A stretch of DNA of 64,000 nucleotides from Savitreella phatthalungensis. Lineage: Eukaryota. Positions 58,157-64,000 of this stretch are shown piece after piece. The position numbers were made by a program, and so were the translations under genes. The DNA lies in assembly GCA_051599415.1 (NCBI GenBank), contig AP039689.1:682001-746000 (forward strand), given 5' to 3'. The notes beneath the pieces are model-generated. The model was not told the DNA's origin. It worked only from the letters and a program-made list of their open reading frames with translations, and ran no database searches. How positions within the stretch are numbered: position 1 is the stretch's first letter; each line of letters begins with the position of its first letter.

Positions 58157-58577
58157 GTTCGATTTACTGTCTACTTGGTTCAGATTATCCGTCTTACTCA
58201 ATATAGGCTGCTGATGAGGAGATTCCCAGTCGGTAGGAAGTCAGGTTGCTGGTGTCTGCGCGGGTAGGTGTGTGTGTGTGTGAGAGTGAGTGTCTATGGT
58301 GGATTTGCTAGGTGGGGATTGAGAGGCCGAAAGGACGTCATAGTTTCCAGCAAGATCAGCTTCTGATTTATCTTTAGCTCAATGCACACTCACAATCATG
58401 CACGAACATGCACCCTCACATCCACAACCAAAGAAGAAAATCCCGTCACAGAAATAAGTGATCATCTTGCATGATGGTAAAAGTAGATCCAGTACTTGAG
58501 AGCACAAACAGACACAGGAAGGCCAAGAAGGGTGGTGGCTATCTCGTGAGGATTCTATCATATGGTGTTCTCATAGG

Positions 58578-59864
58578 CTACTCGTCCTTACCGTCAGAGT
58601 TCTCCAGCTTGTCACAGACACGCTTAGCTTCGAGCAAGATACCGATCTTCTGCTGCAATTGATCGAACTTCCGCACCGTGCGTTCTGTCGGCATCGTGAG
58701 GACATTTGATAGACCTAGCTCCTGCATGACGGCAGCAACCTTGTTGGCCACTGTCTGTTTGAGGACAAGAATCTTTTGTGATCGCAAGAAGCTTGCATTC
58801 GATAGCTTCTCATGCCATCCCACACCTCTCTCGCGCTCCTCACGAGGCGACAGGCGCCGCCATCGTTGTTGTTTGCTGCTGCTGCCACCGCTGGTTACAG
58901 GACCTGCGCCTACTGCAGTTCCATTGGCGATTGGTGTAGCAGCCTCTGACGGACGCTTCTTGTGTTTCTGCTTGTCGGCAGCCTGCAGCGTCTGAACGAG
59001 CGTGCCGATTCCCTGGGAGCTCTGATACTGCGCAATTGAGCCCTGCGCCTGCGGCACATCGAGCAGGCGCAGTAGATCTGCTTTCTGCTGGTGTACAGCT
59101 TTCTCGTAAGCCTCTAACTTGCGCACCTCAAGAATCAGCCGATTCTCCTCTGCCACTTCTTCCGCCGTGCGTTTGAAAAGCTCTTCAACGTATTGTCGCC
59201 TTTGCGTCTCCCTTTGGAGGTCATAATGTAAACCTTCCGTGCTCTGCCCTCGAGATCCCAGCAGAGCTCTGGCCACCTGGTAATATCGATCTTTGAGCTC
59301 CTCAAGCGTGCGTGATCCCAGGTCGGGCGATGTCTCCCAAATATCGTGGATGACGATGAACCTGAGATCCCAGTCTCGACATAGCTCCATCAATTTGTCG
59401 GTCTCCTGCTTTGTCCAATCGGTGCGATCGCAGTAGGTGCTATACTCTTCTGACGTATAGGAGACAACGTCGACATGCTTGTCGAACGACGCGAATCCAG
59501 ACTTGGAAGATGCACTGCCATCCAGAATGCCAGTACTCGAGGACGTTCCTGCATTCGAATCGCCAGTCTGAACTCCACGCGTCCAGTGCTTCAGCACGAG
59601 CGCGTCACTTCGGGCGGGATTCGTGAATGGTGTGGATGACCATCGTGCAGCCTTCTGCTTGAATCGTGGCTTCTCCTTGTACCGGGACTGTAACGTGACT
59701 ACAGGAGGAGTATTGTCTCCAAGAAGGCTATAGAGCTCGCGCGCCATGCCCGTCGGAGGATCTCCTGCTTTGTTTCCGGCGCCTGAGCTCATCTTGACCT
59801 TCTTGGTCGCCGACGGAGCATCAATAGCGCCTCCTAAAGCATCAAGAATGTCTGCGCTCGACAT
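58578..59864 (-). CDS. SWC4: SWR1/NuA4 subunit Swc4 (DMAP1)
   Basis: MARELYSLLG, FTNPARSD...HW, SANT WTKQETD..DLRFIVI, EELKDRYY. Confidence 0.93.
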   Translation of the reverse strand: MSSADILDALGGAIDAPSATKKVKMSSGAGNKAGDPPTGMARELYSLLGDNTPPVVTLQSRYKEKPRFKQKAARWSSTPFTNPARSDALVLKHWTRGVQTGDSNAGTSSSTGILDGSASSKSGFASFDKHVDVVSYTSEEYSTYCDRTDWTKQETDKLMELCRDWDLRFIVIHDIWETSPDLGSRTLEELKDRYYQVARALLGSRGQSTEGLHYDLQRETQRRQYVEELFKRTAEEVAEENRLILEVRKLEAYEKAVHQQKADLLRLLDVPQAQGSIAQYQSSQGIGTLVQTLQAADKQKHKKRPSEAATPIANGTAVGAGPVTSGGSSSKQQRWRRLSPREERERGVGWHEKLSNASFLRSQKILVLKQTVANKVAAVMQELGLSNVLTMPTERTVRKFDQLQQKIGILLEAKRVCDKLENSDGKDE

Positions 59865-60222
59865 CTTGCGGAAAGGCACCCACTGAGAGTCGGACTCTTG
59901 TTATTGTTCAACGAGAGTCGCTTGCGTCCAAGGTCGCACTCAAGGTTTTCTGTCTTCCAACATCGGTCGACCAAGCTTTATTTTCAACCTTGCAAGATTC
60001 TAGTTGCCTGCATCTTCAGTTTAACAACAATTGAAGCAAGTTTATGGAGAGAGGGCAATTGAATGCATGACTCAACCTCCGCAAACAATACATTCTGCTC
60101 TCTTCCACCTCATCTTCATCATCATGACTCATGTCTCTCATCTCCTGCTGAAGACTCACTAGACTAGGCGGCCGAGGGAGAAGTCAAGACGCTCTCTCCA
60201 GCAGGTGCATTGCTTATAGATC

Positions 60223-61245
60223 ATGTCACACGTGCGTTCTACGTGTCATGCGCTCATCGCAGCAGGCGATTCACCTGTATCCATTAGTGATGACGCTGTT
60301 GATCGCTTCCTCGCAGAGCTTGACGAGGAGAGCTACTTGGCAGTAGTTGCGCATGAGAAGTCTGCAAGTGACTTCCCTCTCCAGTTCTCCAGCAGAGAAG
60401 CCAAGCTGAACTTCTACGCAGTCCTTCACCTGCTCAACTTCGGGTCAGGCTACAGGACAGTGCTGAAGGCGGCGAATGGCAAAGGTGCATTTGACAACAT
60501 GATCCACTTACTCATGTCTCTCCATATCTCTGGAATTGCGATGACTGCAGAGTGGATGACAAGCGTGGATGCCCACTTGATTGCGGAGTTCGTGGGCGTC
60601 AGCATGGTCAATGAGCGTCCGCATCCTGATCTGCCGGCCGTCATGGAAGTTGTGCCGTCACCCGTGTCGGAGCTGATGCAAAAGATTGCCGGAGCACTGA
60701 ACAGCACTGGTGTGTTCCTTGCAGACAGGGGTCACGAGACACTATTTGCATACGTGGAAGCATCGTGCGCAGCTAGTGGCGATATCGATGACTTGTTGAA
60801 ACGCTTAGCACAGGTGCCCGCTCTTGACGACCGGCATACGAACATAATCGGGAAGCATGAAGTCTGGTTGATGAAGAAGGCACAGATTATGATAGGCGAG
60901 CTCGTTCGACAAGGACTTGTGATTTCATGGCTAACGGACGGTGATCTGACTGTCTACTCTGACAACGTGCTACCAACCATGCTCCGGAGAGCAGGCGTTC
61001 TCCAGACGAGCGAGGCGATCGAGAATGCACGCGCTGAAGACGAACCACTTTCCATTGAGCTCGCAACATGTCTACGTGCTGCAAGCGTCGTTGCGTGTGA
61101 GCTGATCCTGAAGAGAGGCCTCCTGCAAGGAAAGACATGGCTTGGCGATGAGATCAACTTGGATCACTACCTGTGGAAACTAGCTAAGCAGCCACAATTC
61201 CGCTCTTTCGAACGGTATCGCGTCCCTGGCACGATCATGTTCTGA
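60223..61245 (+). CDS. Queuosine salvage protein family (DUF2419/Qng1-like)
   Basis: LNFGSG, KKAQI, LTVYSDNVLP, LRAASV.ACE, LDHYLW. Confidence 0.75.
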   Translation: MSHVRSTCHALIAAGDSPVSISDDAVDRFLAELDEESYLAVVAHEKSASDFPLQFSSREAKLNFYAVLHLLNFGSGYRTVLKAANGKGAFDNMIHLLMSLHISGIAMTAEWMTSVDAHLIAEFVGVSMVNERPHPDLPAVMEVVPSPVSELMQKIAGALNSTGVFLADRGHETLFAYVEASCAASGDIDDLLKRLAQVPALDDRHTNIIGKHEVWLMKKAQIMIGELVRQGLVISWLTDGDLTVYSDNVLPTMLRRAGVLQTSEAIENARAEDEPLSIELATCLRAASVVACELILKRGLLQGKTWLGDEINLDHYLWKLAKQPQFRSFERYRVPGTIMF

Positions 61246-61246
61246 G

Positions 61247-62760
61247 CTAGCATCGCATGACTTTAGCGAACAGCGGCCGAACCTGCGGGCATGCTTCAAG
61301 CCTTTTATTGACCGCTAGGTTCGTTGTCAGCTGCGAAAGCGTTTCGATGAAGATCGGCGCATCAAAGACTTCGTGAATTTGAGGATGTGGCTGCCCACGC
61401 GCTTGGAGCAGTACGATCGCTGACCAGAGTATAGTCTGGTATTGCGACAGGAGACTCATCGAGCGCCGTGTCAGCACCAGATCGCTAGAGTTCGAGCTTG
61501 CTTGATCTTGCGACTCGATCATGATGACGAACGCTAGAACTTCTGCTTGAGACATAGCTTTTCGGGAGTCCTTGTCGAGATGATCTTGGAGCAACCTCAT
61601 GCACACAATAAAAAGGTTATCCGCATTCAAGTCGCCGAAGCTCTCCGCGTCATCTTGAGAACATTTAACAGCACGCCCGGTCACTAAGTCCGCTCGTCGG
61701 CACCATTCGATCGGCGGATTCGAGCATTTGCGCTTCAAACACGCATAAGCTGCGCGGCGGAGCTGACCGGATACGAGCCATGGTGAAGGCTCTGAGACAT
61801 TGTCAACAACAATGTATGGCAACCAGATATCCTGACCGCAGTAAAGCTCCGCAAATCTGCCATACAGAGCTGCGTGCCATTTATCACTGTCTTGCGGTGG
61901 ACCTTGAGGCAATTCGAAGAGTATCTCGGCTCGACTCACTTCTTCAGCTCCGACCAAGTCAAGGAGCGGAGATTTGCGCAGTAACCGAATGGCCTCGTCT
62001 GCTGGTCTCGATACGCGGCCACTTCCTTCGACGCCCATGACAGTGGCGAGCGTGAGAACATCTACTCCACACCGCCTGCTGCTCTCCTCATAGTCGTATG
62101 CCATACCTGTTATGCACTTCTCGTGGGTGACTGTGATGCCGTCGATCGAGAGGTACCATATCCCTGCCGGAAGCCTGTAGATATGCATGTCTGCGTCGAG
62201 ACTTATGATATAGACATCTCTACCACTCCTGGCATGAGCCTCGAGGGCGTATCGGACACAAGCTCGGTCACCTTCCTCGAGCGTGCTCACCCTGACCTCG
62301 ACCTCCAGTACCCTCAAAACGTCCTGCAGGACTGCGGTCGCGAGCGGCGGTGTATTGGAGCCCAAGGACCTCAACGTCGTCGCATGTGATCGTCCTCCCG
62401 CGGCCGCTCTATTCAACGTCCTGACGAGCGCCGCATTCGCACGCTCTCGTCGAACCACAACCTTGCCTTCCGGCAGATACCCATCAAACACCACGGCCTC
62501 TCTATCGCACACGCGCGTGTCAGCATACCGCACCGCGGAAGCGTTCATATTACCTACATCTTCACGCCCGCCGATACAACCGCTTGGACGAAATTTCGAG
62601 CGATTCTCGCAAACGTTCTCAGACCACCCTCGTCCACATGATGTTGCCTCCAGAGTGCGCACGCTAGCGCTGGCCCATCCACCACCACACTCGCATCCTT
62701 CCCGACCGACACCACCTTCCCGTGAGGCTGTAGAAATCGATGCAGTCCCGGCACTCCCAT
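61247..62760 (-). CDS. ast1: Asteroid/Ast1 XPG-type PIN nuclease-like protein; intron 62502-62557
   Basis: MGVPGL, VVVDGPAL, VFDGYLP..K, EGDRAC, SLDADM after splicing. Confidence 0.85.
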
Positions 62761-62897
62761 CCACACCCTAACACATCTCTTTCCGTCGTATAGTGAAACG
62801 TCAGACCAAAAAAAAATCAATCGACCGTGCATCCACTTCGTCAGAGGGAGATGATTAAGAACTCGAGCGGGAGTGAGAAAGGTGACAACGAGACGGG

Positions 62898-63191
62898 ATG
62901 GCAGACAAGTTGAGAGTTGCGCAGGAGCTTGCTACGACACATGCTCGCCACTTGGGTACGCTTGATGGTGACAGTACACGGGAGGGTTGGTTGAAGGGGG
63001 TTGTGAGGGATGGGTGTGGTGTTCAGGCTGGGATGGCTGGGATGGTGGTGTACAACAGCATCGCCTGGGGAGAGACGGCGGAGGAGGCACATGTGAGGTT
63101 GATCGATGGTATGGTAGATCCACTCAAGCAGCATCGAGTGCCCCCACCGCCTCTCACGCAACAGGAGGCACAGGCCAATGGGCATCACTGA
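62898..63191 (+). CDS. SF3B5: Splicing factor 3B subunit 5 (SF3b10/Ysf3), divergent
   Basis: MADKLR..Q.L...ARHLGT..D.T...W....RD.....G....Y.SI..GE......I..MVDP..PPP matches family spacing. Confidence 0.75.
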   Translation: MADKLRVAQELATTHARHLGTLDGDSTREGWLKGVVRDGCGVQAGMAGMVVYNSIAWGETAEEAHVRLIDGMVDPLKQHRVPPPPLTQQEAQANGHH

Positions 63192-63333
63192 GACACTGTC
63201 TATAGAACAGACACAGGCCTGAACATGGATACGCTGGAGGGAGTAGCAGAGACGAGATGAGACGAGACGACGCTTTATATGAAATGACCAAATGTTATGC
63301 TTGCTCCAATGAATTTTATGAGAGTGAGGTTGT

Positions 63334-64000
63334 CTACCAGTCGGTACCTTTGGGTGTGCGCTGCTTGAGTGCCTCGATCTTGACGGGTCCGTCTGAGTGG
63401 GATTTGCCATCTAGCCAAGGGAACTTCTGCGATCGGGTAGACTCGTATCGCTTGATCGCGTCATCCTTCTGCATCGTCAGGCCAATGTCGTCCAGGCCGT
63501 TGATGAGGCAGTGCTTTCTGAATGCTTCGACCTCGAACTTGACGAGTTCCTCGCCGTCTGCTGTCTTGATGGTTTGTGAAGGCAGGTCGACGAGGAGCTG
63601 CTTGCCTTGCTGAGCAAGTGGTGTGAGCTTCGAGATAATTTCCTCCTGAGGCACGACCACAGGCAGCATGCCGTTCTTGAAGCAGTTGTTGAAGAAGATA
63701 TCTGCGAATGAGGGCGCAATCACACATCGAATGCCAAAATCGTTCAGAGCCCAAGGAGCATGCTCGCGAGACGAGCCACAGCCAAAGTTCTTGCCAGAGA
63801 CGACGAGGATCTTGGCAGCGTCGTAGGGTGCGACGTTAAGGATAAAGTCAGTCTTTGTCTTGCCGTCTACCTCATAACGCTTCTCGAAGAAGAGGGCGGA
63901 TCCGAGACCCGTGCGCTTGATCGTCTTGAGGAACTGCTTGGGGATCAGCATATCTGTGTCGATGTTGTCAATGTCGAGCGGTGCTGCAATACCCTGAAGC
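63334..64000 (-). CDS. LEU1: 3-isopropylmalate dehydratase, C-terminal part; truncated by window end
   Basis: [50 protein letters not shown]. Confidence 0.97.
   Translation of the reverse strand, partial: LQGIAAPLDIDNIDTDMLIPKQFLKTIKRTGLGSALFFEKRYEVDGKTKTDFILNVAPYDAAKILVVSGKNFGCGSSREHAPWALNDFGIRCVIAPSFADIFFNNCFKNGMLPVVVPQEEIISKLTPLAQQGKQLLVDLPSQTIKTADGEELVKFEVEAFRKHCLINGLDDIGLTMQKDDAIKRYESTRSQKFPWLDGKSHSDGPVKIEALKQRTPKGTDW

Noticed and set aside
62558..62764. Gly-rich N-terminus of the 505-aa ORF
   Set aside because: The true N-terminus MGVPGL is in another frame, joined by intron 62502-62557; not a frameshift
62841..63410. 189-aa His/Pro-rich minus-strand ORF
   Set aside because: Antisense to SF3B5 and overlapping the LEU1 end; no recognisable motifs

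Overview
Gene-dense, intron-poor fungal nuclear DNA with no sign of prokaryotic origin, mobile elements, CRISPR, rRNA or tRNA. Short spliceosomal introns, complex I, and S. pombe-like Scn1/Ast1/Byr3/Aif1 suggest an early-diverging ascomycete such as Taphrinomycetes; this placement is inference. About 38 protein-coding genes, mostly housekeeping: RPS14 (3' end), TOM22, HEM3, RPR2, MCR1, BET3, SCL1, NMT1, bL34m, RCF1, RNA1, PMT2, NDUFS8, LIP2, NAA50, CIA2, CTF18, SPO7, AIF-like, TGL2, Rad4/TopBP1, Nas2, Cdc7-like, Byr3, 14-3-3, INH1, SWC4, Qng1-like, Asteroid, SF3B5 and LEU1 (3' part). I reconstructed 15 introns by hand. Most notable observations: (1) an exact 11-mer AAATTCAATTT recurs in four AT-rich divergent intergenic islands, a candidate replication-origin or general-regulator element; (2) branch points are CTGAC-dominated, with several AAG acceptors, and a very divergent SF3B5 is present; (3) an orphan protein combines an N-terminal membrane anchor, UIM-like motifs and a C-terminal PTS1-like -ARL; (4) a secreted mucin carries spaced acidic Cys motifs and a split PhiA-like domain; (5) a divergent Cdc7-family kinase. 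All homology calls come from remembered motifs; no searches were run.
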